This document shows, piece after piece, positions 10,401-18,179 of a DNA stretch of 64,000 nucleotides (positions within the stretch are counted from its first letter, which is position 1; every line of letters begins with the position of its first letter). This stretch comes from Flavobacteriales bacterium (GTDB lineage: Bacteria > Bacteroidota > Bacteroidia > NS11-12g > UBA955): NCBI GenBank assembly GCA_947463125.1, contig CANHQZ010000005.1, positions 2,575 to 66,574 of the forward strand, given 5' to 3'. The notes below the pieces were generated by a model that saw nothing but the letters and a program-made list of their open reading frames with translations, did not search any database and was not told where the DNA came from. Made by a program: the position numbers and the translations under genes.

Positions 10401-10817
10401 CAAATAGGTATAATCATCATAAAAATGCACCTGATGCCTCCACTGCCCTGATGCGAAATTCCATGCGTGTGGAGCAGCTGCATAAAAGATGACATAATCA
10501 TCACTTCCAAAAACACCATCGTTTCCATCTTCAACAAATACGGGGATCTCGCGGGTACCATGAAAAGCGCTGCGGCTCATTTCTGGAAGCATCGCTCCCT
10601 GATGGGTGAAAACAGAAAGATGCTGAGGATTCTTTCCATTGAGATTGATTCCTGCCTTTTTAAAATCGGCACCGGTAATTTTGTAAACCCCGTCATTGGA
10701 TACGCGCATCCGAATCCACTGACCATCACTAAATTTCATGCCCTGACCATACAATGATCCGGTACAAAAAGCGTACACCAGTACCCCGAAAATGTTAACT
10801 TTTTGAAATATACGCAT
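7413..10817 (-). CDS. porU: T9SS C-terminal signal peptidase/sortase PorU (gingipain-like C25 peptidase fold)
   Basis: About 1130 aa, positioned upstream of porV. The C-terminal Por-secretion-tail-like segment reads AFPNPFNNDVALRF...GVYQYRVRL. The likely start is MRIFQKVNIFGVLVYAFC at 10817; the ORF track extends to 10883. Confidence 0.85.
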   Translation of the reverse strand: MRIFQKVNIFGVLVYAFCTGSLYGQGMKFSDGQWIRMRVSNDGVYKITGADFKKAGINLNGKNPQHLSVFTHQGAMLPEMSRSAFHGTREIPVFVEDGNDGVFGSDDYVIFYAAAPHAWNFASGQWRHQVHFYDDYTYLYAGFGNSPGKRISNSSYQGAAAVVVDKTEWVLFHEKDLENPIHMGRTWLGEKLGNETLNRSIDLNLPALAEDSVNVRISVAGGIQEGAGSVNYSVNNVNGVFSFAPINIEYVAFDLQERFFKLTAPGKKLFTQFTLNRPNAKSSAWVNFIEVSGKMPINTAQGPVIIRNRDFKDISAAEIRITTDLLSKPQSVWNVSDPFNPLAQDIIQEGAYRKSLSGPGISKKMFVAFEAVNIPGPEILGVITGPDLLQNNAPEMLIITHGSFTAAANRLAEIRSKNQGYTVQVADVQDIYKQFSTSQQDLVAIRDFVRCTYLKSLKSVKPLRFVLLMGAASYDMKDRVKGNTNFIPTYQYDAHNKGVTFCLDDFFGYLDSLAGDPARGKNQLWVSVGRIPCRTAAEAEGMVDKLARYDAPGSLGDWRTNLTYVTDDVDISWETVFTSESERYAQYIDSVHPYLSVTKLFSDAFTQVSTGNTEKYPDVNQAIDRSLKEGCLFMNYQGHGGPAGWAQEAMLDVSMINGWKNRWKMPVMFTATCEFSLYDDPGEQSAGELALLNPNGGPIALMSTTRLVFVSGNMAINNDFWTNYGFPKPNEPIPTLGDVFRRLKNRQDVTSEDNKFALLGDPSMPLAFPKHKVVLDSINQKSATGFSDTLKAFGVVEIKGHIEERLKGKFNGFNGQLWVKVLDKPTVRKTLVNDQIGAPIPYKDQSSFIFKGTVSVVNGEFKIVFATPKDIAYQVDYGKILLYAHNGETDAAGGFRVKIGGSEPNVNPGSEGPSVRVYMNDTTFVSGGEVQTETELLVKVQDDDGLNATGAGIGRDMLAILDKGTPNEKTFILNDFFSYNLNSYRSGSIRMPLANLAPGKHTILVKVWDIFNNSGEGSTTFTVGEGEVAVYAHAAFPNPFNNDVALRFTHNMPGRDLQADVEVMDMTGKVLHRFQKEIPGASATEVRLTWTGFSAPDPQLRTSELPPGVYQYRVRLSAGKSATSFSGKMLKIVR

Positions 10818-10955
10818 ATACAATGCAGACATTAACCGCAAATATCCTAAAATATTGTGTCTGCGCTCGCATCTTAATGTCATTTTTCCACCACGAAAAG
10901 AAAATATTTTATTGTATGAAACGTTTTATCTCCTAAATTTGTCCATTCATAAAAT

Positions 10956-11969
10956 ATGCAAAAAGGATTTTTACGACTTTCCTTTATGGCTGCTTCCCTA
11001 CTGTCAGTGGCCTCCATTCAGGCACAAGATCCTGAGCTGACGCAGTTTTATGCTGCACCGGTTTACACCAATCCGGCACTGGCAGGTTCGGCAGTTTGTA
11101 ACTTCGGCGCTGCAGGCAGGGTGGCTTTAAACTATCGAAATCAATGGCCCGGTCTGCCCGGAACATTCCGTTCATTTGCAGCTTCCTGGGATCAGCACAT
11201 TTCCAGTGTTGGCGGTGGTTTAGGCGCCATGGTATTTCATGATGTGGCCGGATCCGGACTGTTAACCACAACCACTATTAGCGGTGTTTATTCTTACCTT
11301 CTCCCGCTGAACCGAAATAAACTATTTATGCGGTTTGGTCTGCAGGGAGCGTATTCATTCAAAAGTATCAATTTCAACCGCCTTAAATTCTCTGATCAGA
11401 TTGTCCCGACGCAGGGCTTTGTCAATCCTACAGGCGAACAGGTTCCATCGCAAAACATTGGATATCCCAATTTCAATGCCGGCTGGATTATGTATTCATC
11501 AAAATTTTATTTGGGTGTGGCAGCGCACAACATTATCGAACCTAACTGGAGTTTCTATCAAAACCCAAATGAAGTTCTGCCCCGCCGATACACAGTCCAT
11601 ACCGGAGCCGTTATCCCGCTCAGCAAGTCTCGTTTTAGGTCGGATGATGATGCCACATTCAGCCCGAATGCGCTGTTTATGATGCAACGAAATTTCACAC
11701 AATTAAATGTAGGGTTCTACGCCAACAAAGGGCCTCTGGTAAGCGGTCTGTGGTTTAGGCAAACCTTCGGAAATTACAGAAATGCGGATGCCATTATGAT
11801 GCTGATTGGTTTCAGAAAAAATCGCTTTAAATTCGGTTACAGCTATGACTTTACCGTAAGCGACGGAAGAAGTGCAATTCCTTCAAGCCATGAGGTAAGT
11901 GCTACCATAGACTGGTGCGTTCCTCCCGGAACCAAACCGTTCAGACCGCTCAAGTGTCCTGAATTCTAA
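10956..11969 (+). CDS. PorP/SprF family T9SS membrane protein
   Basis: Signal peptide followed by QDPELTQFYAAPVYTNPALAG, the family-defining N-terminal motif. The rest is beta-barrel-like. Confidence 0.8.
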   Translation: MQKGFLRLSFMAASLLSVASIQAQDPELTQFYAAPVYTNPALAGSAVCNFGAAGRVALNYRNQWPGLPGTFRSFAASWDQHISSVGGGLGAMVFHDVAGSGLLTTTTISGVYSYLLPLNRNKLFMRFGLQGAYSFKSINFNRLKFSDQIVPTQGFVNPTGEQVPSQNIGYPNFNAGWIMYSSKFYLGVAAHNIIEPNWSFYQNPNEVLPRRYTVHTGAVIPLSKSRFRSDDDATFSPNALFMMQRNFTQLNVGFYANKGPLVSGLWFRQTFGNYRNADAIMMLIGFRKNRFKFGYSYDFTVSDGRSAIPSSHEVSATIDWCVPPGTKPFRPLKCPEF

Positions 11970-11995
11970 ACAACCAAAGAAAATTAATACAAAAT

Positions 11996-12030
11996 GGGCT
12001 GAAAAAAACACGATTTCAGCCCATTTTTAT
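11996..12030 (+). terminator. Rho-independent terminator after the sprF-like gene
   Basis: 9-bp stem gggctgaaa/tttcagccc followed by a T-rich tract. Confidence 0.65.
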
Positions 12031-12100
12031 TTGGCACATAAGAAAATAATTTTTATACTTGCGAAATATTTTTCGCCAAAAAGCGTTAAACCATAAACAA

Positions 12101-13627
12101 ATGAAAATGAATTTCAGGGTAAAAAATCAATGGATAGCTGCATTAGCACTGCCATTATTGTTTGCGGGATGCGTTCCTTCAGAAAGAAGCAGAACCACAG
12201 GACAATACTACAACAGTCCTAAATGGGGTGGCTTTGCCAATCCCAAATACCAGGGCCAGGAAACAGGTCCGGGACTCGTGCTGGTTGAAGGCGGTTCCTT
12301 CACCATGGGTTCAACCGAAAATGATCTCATGTATGATAATAATAACGTTGAGAGAACCGTTACCGTAAATTCATTCTACATGGATGAAACCGAGGTAAGC
12401 AACCTTGATTACCGCGGTTATGTTTACTGGCTGGCTCGCACTTTTGTTGATTATCCTGAGGTATATAATCAGGCATTACCTGATACCAACTGCTGGAGAA
12501 GAAAGCTCGGATACAATGAGCCTTTTGTTGATTACTATTTCCGCCACCCTGCCTACAAGGATTATCCCGTGGTGGGCGTTAATTGGCAGCAAGCAACTGA
12601 TTTTGCAAAATGGAGAACAGACAGGGTGAACGAATACATCGTAGACCGCGAGTGTATCATGAAATTTACAATCGCTCAGGATGCAGCCGGTGAAAACAAC
12701 TTTAATACCCGCACCTACCTTGCCGGTCAGTATGATTTTCTGAAAAAAGGCAAAAAGCCACTTCAGGACTACAGCAAAATGAAGAAAAAAGACCGCAAAC
12801 GTTACCGCATCAGCATGGAAGATGGTATTCTCCTCCCCGATTACCGTCTGCCTACAGAAGCTGAGTGGGAATTTGCGGCTCAGGCCAACATCGGAAACAC
12901 ACAGTTTGAAAATATTGACCAGAAACGCATTTATGCCTGGGATGATTACACTATCCGTATTAAGGAAGGTAACGAAACCGACCGTGGCAAAATCAGAATG
13001 AATGCTATGCGCGGCAAGGGTGACTTCGGCGGTGTAGCCGGCGGCCCTCTGAATGATGCAGGTTTCATTACCACTCCTGTTTACTCATACTGGCCTAATG
13101 CTTACGGTCTGTACAACATGTCAGCAAACGTTAGCGAATGGGTTATGGATGTATTCCGTCCTCTTTCTATGGAAGACATGGATGCCTTTATGCCATTCCG
13201 CGGTAACGTATACAAAACACTGGTTATGGATCAGTACGGTGCTATCGAGCAAAAGGACAGCCTGGGTCGCCTGCAGTTCCGCGACGTAACCGAAGCAGAC
13301 AATGTAAACCGCCGCAATTACCGCAAAGCTGATAACATTGGTTTCAAGGATGAAGACAACTATAACAACGGCGAAATGATTTATGAATACGGTGTTACAT
13401 CGCTTGTGAACAACAAAGCCCGCGTATTCAAAGGAGCCAGCTGGAATGACCGTGTTTACTGGGCCTCTCCCGGCACCCGCCGCTTCCTGGACGAAAAGCA
13501 AAACACCAGCACACTGGGCTTCCGCTGCGCCATGATTAGAATTGGATCTCCCGTTGGCAACAGCAAAGAAAAATACAACAAGCTGCCCAGCAGTGGAATT
13601 GACAAGAAAACAAAACAGAAACGTTAA
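12101..13627 (+). CDS. gldJ: Gliding motility lipoprotein GldJ (FGE-sulfatase/SUMF1-like fold)
   Basis: Lipoprotein signal MKMNFRVKNQWIAALALPLLFAGC, followed by TGQYYNSPKWGGF...GPGLVLVEGGSFTMG. It is paralogous to GldK in this window. The ORF-track TTG start at 12059 is probably spurious. Confidence 0.85.
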   Translation: MKMNFRVKNQWIAALALPLLFAGCVPSERSRTTGQYYNSPKWGGFANPKYQGQETGPGLVLVEGGSFTMGSTENDLMYDNNNVERTVTVNSFYMDETEVSNLDYRGYVYWLARTFVDYPEVYNQALPDTNCWRRKLGYNEPFVDYYFRHPAYKDYPVVGVNWQQATDFAKWRTDRVNEYIVDRECIMKFTIAQDAAGENNFNTRTYLAGQYDFLKKGKKPLQDYSKMKKKDRKRYRISMEDGILLPDYRLPTEAEWEFAAQANIGNTQFENIDQKRIYAWDDYTIRIKEGNETDRGKIRMNAMRGKGDFGGVAGGPLNDAGFITTPVYSYWPNAYGLYNMSANVSEWVMDVFRPLSMEDMDAFMPFRGNVYKTLVMDQYGAIEQKDSLGRLQFRDVTEADNVNRRNYRKADNIGFKDEDNYNNGEMIYEYGVTSLVNNKARVFKGASWNDRVYWASPGTRRFLDEKQNTSTLGFRCAMIRIGSPVGNSKEKYNKLPSSGIDKKTKQKR

Positions 13628-13645
13628 TCTGTTTACCGATAAAAT

Positions 13646-13676
13646 AAAAAAGGCTTCGATTTCGAAGCCTTTTTTA
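13646..13676 (+). terminator. Rho-independent terminator after gldJ
   Basis: 8-bp stem aggcttcg/cgaagcct with loop attt, followed by a T-run. Confidence 0.75.
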
Positions 13677-13688
13677 TGCGAACTGACG

Positions 13689-13696
13689 TAACTTTG
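13689..13696 (+). promoter_or_regulatory. -7 promoter motif TAacTTTG for rnpB
   Basis: Exact TAnnTTTG match, ending about 5 nt before the P1 5' strand of RNase P RNA. Confidence 0.5.
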
Positions 13697-13697
13697 T

Positions 13698-14096
13698 GGC
13701 AGCAGTCTGCCTTACCGCGCCGGAGAAATCCGGTGAGGAAAGTCCGGGCAACACAGGGCGCCGTACTTCCTAACAGGAAGGCGCACAAATGGTAACTTTT
13801 GTGCGACAGAAAGTGTCACAGAAACTATACCGTCCCGGCCCAGCCGGGATAAGGGTGAAAAAGCGGGGTAAGAGCCCACTCGTTCCGGTGCGAATCGGGA
13901 TTGGGATAAACCTTACGGGTTGAAAGACCAAATAAACCCTGCAACAGGAGTTGCCCGCTCCGGTTCACTGCTTCGGCGGTGATGGCAGGGAGGGTAGGTC
14001 GATTGAGGCCTGCTGTGAAGCAGGTCCCAGATAAATGGTAAGGATTTGTTTTCGGCAACGAAAACAGATACAGAACCCGGCTTATAGGACTGCTTT
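13698..14096 (+). ncRNA. rnpB: RNase P RNA, bacterial type A
   Basis: Universally conserved GAGGAAAGTCCGGGC near the 5' end and ACAGAACCCGGCTTA near the 3' end. P1 pairing runs agcagtc (13701-13707) with gactgct (14088-14094). The ends are approximate. Confidence 0.85.
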
Positions 14097-14139
14097 TAAA
14101 AAATTAATCAATCGGGGTTGACTTTAGCCTGCAGATTCA

Positions 14140-14147
14140 TTAATTTT
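14140..14147 (+). promoter_or_regulatory. -7 promoter motif TAatTTTG for tRNA-Gly
   Basis: Exact TAnnTTTG match, 33 nt upstream of the mature tRNA 5' end. Confidence 0.45.
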
Positions 14148-14179
14148 GCACCCACATTGATCGAAAGAGCAATGTAAAA

Positions 14180-14252
14180 GCGAGAATAGCTCAGTTGGTA
14201 GAGCATCACCTTGCCAAGGTGAGGGTCGCGAGTTCGAGTCTCGTTTCTCGCT
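14180..14252 (+). tRNA. tRNA-Gly (anticodon GCC); CCA is genome-encoded at 14253-14255
   Basis: Manual cloverleaf: acceptor GCGAGAA/TTCTCGC, D arm GCTC-AGTTGGTA-GAGC, anticodon arm TCACC-TTGCCAA-GGTGA, T arm GCGAG-TTCGAGT-CTCGT. Confidence 0.95.
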
Positions 14253-14257
14253 CCAGA

Positions 14258-14287
14258 GAGCCCCGGAAACGGGGCTTTTCTTTTTTA
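14258..14287 (+). terminator. Rho-independent terminator after tRNA-Gly
   Basis: Stem agccccg/cggggct with loop gaaa, followed by ttttcttttttt. Confidence 0.8.
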
Positions 14288-14315
14288 CGATTCCACCAAT
14301 ACCAAATCACACATG

Positions 14316-14323
14316 TATATTTG
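14316..14323 (+). promoter_or_regulatory. -7 promoter motif TAtaTTTG for gatB and the downstream operon
   Basis: Exact TAnnTTTG match, 20 nt upstream of the gatB ATG. Confidence 0.5.
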
Positions 14324-14343
14324 TACAGAAAACAGCAAGGGCA

Positions 14344-15789
14344 ATGAGCACGGAATTTGAAGCCGTAATAGGACTGGAGATACACATTCAACTGCTAACC
14401 GGAAGCAAAGCCTTTTCGGCAGACAGCACTGCATACGGACAAATGCCAAATACCCAGGTAAGCCCCATCAGCCTGGCCCATCCCGGTACTTTGCCCAAAC
14501 ACAATAAGAATGCGGTAGATCTGGCTATGAAAATGGGTTTGGCGCTGCAATGCGATATAACCCGCATCAACAGATATGCGCGTAAAAATTATTTCTACGC
14601 CGATTTGCCCAAAGGCTATCAGATAACCCAGTTCGATACGCCGCTATGCACCGGAGGATTTGTCAATATCAAACCCAAAACCGGGGAGCCCAAGAAAGTG
14701 CGTCTCATCCGTATTCACATGGAAGAAGATACCGGAAAAAGCATGCACGATCAGGATTTGACCGATTCACTGATTGATTATAACCGGGCAGGAACACCCC
14801 TCATTGAAGTGGTTACCGAACCCGATATCCGCACCGGTGACGAAGCTTATGCATTTGTAACGGAAATACGCCGTTTGGTGCGCTATCTCGACATTTGCGA
14901 CGGCAATATGGAGGAAGGGAGCCTTCGCTGCGATGCCAACATTTCCATTCGCCCAAAAGGAACAACCGCTTTTGGTACCAAGGTGGAGGTAAAAAACATG
15001 AACTCCATCAGCAACGTGAAACGCGCCATTGATTTTGAAATTAAAAGGCAGACAGATATTCTGAACGGTGGCGGAACTGTGGTAGGTGAAACCCGCGGCT
15101 TCAATGGTCTGAATGGAAATACATTCAGCATGCGTCGTAAAGAACTGGTCAATGACTACCGCTATTTTCCGGAGCCTGATTTACCGCCGCTAACACTTAC
15201 CGAAAAAGATATTGAGGCTGTAAAACACAGCATGCCTGAACTTCCGGAATCCTTGTTTGACCGATTTCACCGCGAACTTGGACTTTCTGAATACGATGCC
15301 TCGGTTTTGATAGATGATAAAACCACGGCCTTGTATTTCAACAGGCTGATTCAGTGCACTTCCAATCATAAAGCTGCAGCCAACTGGGTGAATGTTTCCA
15401 TCAAGGGCTACCTCAATGAAAATGCCATGGGTATGGAATCTTTTCCGCTGCAACCTGAAAAAATTGCTGAGATTATTGATGTAATTGATAAAAACATCAT
15501 TTCTCACAGCGCTGCCGCCCAACACCTCTTCCCTGCCCTGATTCAAAACCCTGCTGCATCAGCCGAGTCATTGATAGAAAAACTGAACCTGGCACAGGAC
15601 GCAGACTCCGAAACCATTGAAACGCTAATTGCTGAAGTATTATCCAGATTCCCGGAAAAAGTGCAGGAGTATAAAAATGGAAAAACCGGCTTGCTCGGAT
15701 TATTTGTTGGCGAGGTTATGAAAGCAAGTAAGGGCAAGGCAGATCCGCGAAAAACCAATGAGCAGGTGCGTAAAATGCTGGATGCATGA
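14344..15789 (+). CDS. gatB: Asp-tRNA(Asn)/Glu-tRNA(Gln) amidotransferase subunit B
   Basis: 481 aa. N-terminal FEAVIGLEIHIQL, then PGTLP, RIHMEEDTGK, NRAGTPLIEVVTEPD and a C-terminal GatB/YqeY tail. Confidence 0.95.
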   Translation: MSTEFEAVIGLEIHIQLLTGSKAFSADSTAYGQMPNTQVSPISLAHPGTLPKHNKNAVDLAMKMGLALQCDITRINRYARKNYFYADLPKGYQITQFDTPLCTGGFVNIKPKTGEPKKVRLIRIHMEEDTGKSMHDQDLTDSLIDYNRAGTPLIEVVTEPDIRTGDEAYAFVTEIRRLVRYLDICDGNMEEGSLRCDANISIRPKGTTAFGTKVEVKNMNSISNVKRAIDFEIKRQTDILNGGGTVVGETRGFNGLNGNTFSMRRKELVNDYRYFPEPDLPPLTLTEKDIEAVKHSMPELPESLFDRFHRELGLSEYDASVLIDDKTTALYFNRLIQCTSNHKAAANWVNVSIKGYLNENAMGMESFPLQPEKIAEIIDVIDKNIISHSAAAQHLFPALIQNPAASAESLIEKLNLAQDADSETIETLIAEVLSRFPEKVQEYKNGKTGLLGLFVGEVMKASKGKADPRKTNEQVRKMLDA

Positions 15790-17282
15790 GCATTTCGTTT
15801 CTACAAACTATTTTTAAACGCCTGCAGACCGGCGGTTTACAAACCGCCTGCGTCATCGAAGATACAGAGATTTCATACAGTTCTTTATCGGCCATGACGG
15901 GGGCTGTACAAGCCAAAATACAGCGCACCGGCAGTATGCGTATTGGTATTATTACCCAAAATACTGCCGAAACATACGCAACCATCATCGCTGCGTGGCT
16001 CACAGGTAAAGCATACATACCTATTCCGGCGCATTACCCTTTGGATAGAATTGCTGAAATTATCAGTTCAGCTGAAATAAGTGCCATTTTTTATGCCACT
16101 GAAGACCCGGAAGTTGAGCGTTTGACTTCTCATTTTACGAAGATTATATTTACAAACACTTCAGACTTACCACCGGCGGATTGTTTCTATTCATTTCCTG
16201 CAGAAGATAAGGAAGCTTATCTTCTGTTCACCTCGGGCACCACAGGAAAACCCAAGGGTGTGCCCGTTACTTTTGGCAATATTCAGGCTTTTATGGATGG
16301 TTTTGATGCGCTTGGATATCAGGTGCATGAAGACGATCGGTTCCTGCAAATGTTTGAACTGACATTTGACCTTTCTGTGGTATGCTTTACCCTTCCGCTG
16401 ATTTGTGGAGGCAGTTTTCATACGTTGCCGAGCGGAATGATTAAAACCCTCGCACTGTATCATGTACTGGAAGAAAACCGAATCACCTTCAGCCTGATGG
16501 TGCCTTCTGCTATTGGATTACTTCTGCCCTACCTGGATGATATTCATTTGCCTGAACTGCGTGTTTCACAATTTTGCGGTGAGGCACTTAAAAAAGACCT
16601 GCTTGAAAAATGGATGGTTTGTGTGCCCAATGCCCGTATTGATAATGTTTACGGACCAACAGAAGCAACCATTTATTGCAGCGCCTTAACCTGTGCCTCC
16701 GGCAAGATACCGAATCAAAGCGGTATGGTGGGCATTGGCAAGCCCATGCAGGAAAGCCTTTTCATGCTGTTGGACGAACACGGCAACGAAATTACCGATA
16801 CAAAAATGGAAGGTGAATTGTGCCTCGGTGGCATGCAGTTAACCCCCGGTTATCTCAATAATCCGGAGCAAAACGGACAAAAGTTCTTTCACCACCATGG
16901 AATTCGTTATTACAGGACAGGTGACATTGCCTACCGTGACCGAAGTGGCAATTACTTTTACATCGGCAGAAAGGATGACCAGGTAAAAATTCAGGGATAT
17001 CGCATAGAACTGGGTGAACTGGAAGTGGCATCTGCCCGTATATTGCCGCAGAATCCTGCGGTTGCCGTAGGTTATCAGGTAAGTAATAACTGGTACCTTG
17101 CACTGTTTGTACTGCAGGCGGGACTTGCGGAACAAAAAATAAAAGAAGCGCTAAGACCTTTGCTTCCGCAGTATATGCAACCACACCGCGTTTTTGCAAT
17201 TGATGAAATACCGCTGAATGCCAATGGTAAAACAGACCGAAAAGCACTGAGAATTCAGGCGGAAAGACAACATGCGTCATGA
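15786..17282 (+). CDS. Stand-alone amino-acid adenylation enzyme (DltA / NRPS A-domain-like)
   Basis: Core motifs LFTSGTTGKPKGV (A3), FDLSV (A4, Asp for an alpha-amino substrate), NVYGPTEAT (A5), YRTGD (A7), GRKDDQVKIQGYRIELGELE (A8) and NGKTDRKAL (A10). The start overlaps the gatB stop (ATGA). Confidence 0.85.
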   Translation: MSISFLQTIFKRLQTGGLQTACVIEDTEISYSSLSAMTGAVQAKIQRTGSMRIGIITQNTAETYATIIAAWLTGKAYIPIPAHYPLDRIAEIISSAEISAIFYATEDPEVERLTSHFTKIIFTNTSDLPPADCFYSFPAEDKEAYLLFTSGTTGKPKGVPVTFGNIQAFMDGFDALGYQVHEDDRFLQMFELTFDLSVVCFTLPLICGGSFHTLPSGMIKTLALYHVLEENRITFSLMVPSAIGLLLPYLDDIHLPELRVSQFCGEALKKDLLEKWMVCVPNARIDNVYGPTEATIYCSALTCASGKIPNQSGMVGIGKPMQESLFMLLDEHGNEITDTKMEGELCLGGMQLTPGYLNNPEQNGQKFFHHHGIRYYRTGDIAYRDRSGNYFYIGRKDDQVKIQGYRIELGELEVASARILPQNPAVAVGYQVSNNWYLALFVLQAGLAEQKIKEALRPLLPQYMQPHRVFAIDEIPLNANGKTDRKALRIQAERQHAS

Positions 17283-17929
17283 AAGTTACTTTTCGCAAAG
17301 CGTCTGCCCAAGACATTGATTTTATTGCCGAAGGTATTATCCATGCGGAAATGTCGGGTGGAAATATCCTTCCCTATACCGCGCTGTTTGGCATTTCGAA
17401 AGAAGAAACAATTGCTTTGATTCATGCGGTAATGGAAGAAGAGATTGAAGGCCAGGAGTGGTTTTTGCCCGGATTTACCATACTTGAAGCAGACGGCATA
17501 CCGGCATCCTGTCTCAGTGCATGGATTGAAGGGGAAATCGGAATAGGCAGCGGAGTGTTGAAAGCTCAGGCCATGGCCTGGATATTGAAGGAAAAATGGA
17601 CAACAGCCTCATACGGGCTGGAATGCCTGAGAAGTATGCAATTGCCTCGTTTACAGGGAGCATTGCAGCTAGAGTGTATTTACACAAAAAGGGAATTTCG
17701 CGGTCTGGGACTGGCTTCAAAACTGATAACATACTGTATTCAGGAGGCTTCTTCATCTACTGCTCCGCCCAAAACCGCTGAAATACAATTGCTGGGCAAC
17801 AATGAGTCTGCCCTTCGTTCATACACAAAATGTGGATTTCTACTTCGAGAAGAGGTAACCTCCACACAGCCTGAAATTTTAACTTTGTTGGCACACAATA
17901 CCCGAGTGTCTCTGATAAAACCCCTTTGA
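17279..17929 (+). CDS. GNAT family acyltransferase
   Basis: 216 aa with the acetyl-CoA-binding motif A, REFRGLGLASKLI. It overlaps the upstream stop by 4 nt. Confidence 0.7.
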   Translation: MKVTFRKASAQDIDFIAEGIIHAEMSGGNILPYTALFGISKEETIALIHAVMEEEIEGQEWFLPGFTILEADGIPASCLSAWIEGEIGIGSGVLKAQAMAWILKEKWTTASYGLECLRSMQLPRLQGALQLECIYTKREFRGLGLASKLITYCIQEASSSTAPPKTAEIQLLGNNESALRSYTKCGFLLREEVTSTQPEILTLLAHNTRVSLIKPL

Positions 17930-17930
17930 T

Positions 17931-18179
17931 ATGGAAACTTCTGAAATTCGCCTGCAGTTAAGCAACATATTTGACAGTGTGTTTCACTGCGGAAACATAG
18001 AAATTACTGATGATTTAACGGCTGAAAAGGTTGATAAATGGGATTCTTTAACCCACCTTACTATGATTGCCGCCGTTGAATCTCACTTTGGAATCCGGTT
18101 TAAACTAAAAGAACTGACCGGGATGAAAAATACCGGAGATCTGGTAAAATTGATAGTGGAGAAAAAGCAGGCTGTTTGA
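17931..18179 (+). CDS. Acyl/aminoacyl carrier protein (DltC-like)
   Basis: 82 aa with an acidic four-helix pattern and a putative phosphopantetheine attachment Ser in KWDSLTHLTMI. Confidence 0.7.
   Translation: METSEIRLQLSNIFDSVFHCGNIEITDDLTAEKVDKWDSLTHLTMIAAVESHFGIRFKLKELTGMKNTGDLVKLIVEKKQAV

Noticed and set aside
13825-14391. Minus-strand ORFs 13825-14058 and 14206-14391
   Set aside because: They lie on top of RNase P RNA and of the tRNA-Gly/terminator/gatB promoter region respectively. The structured-RNA assignment explains these regions better.
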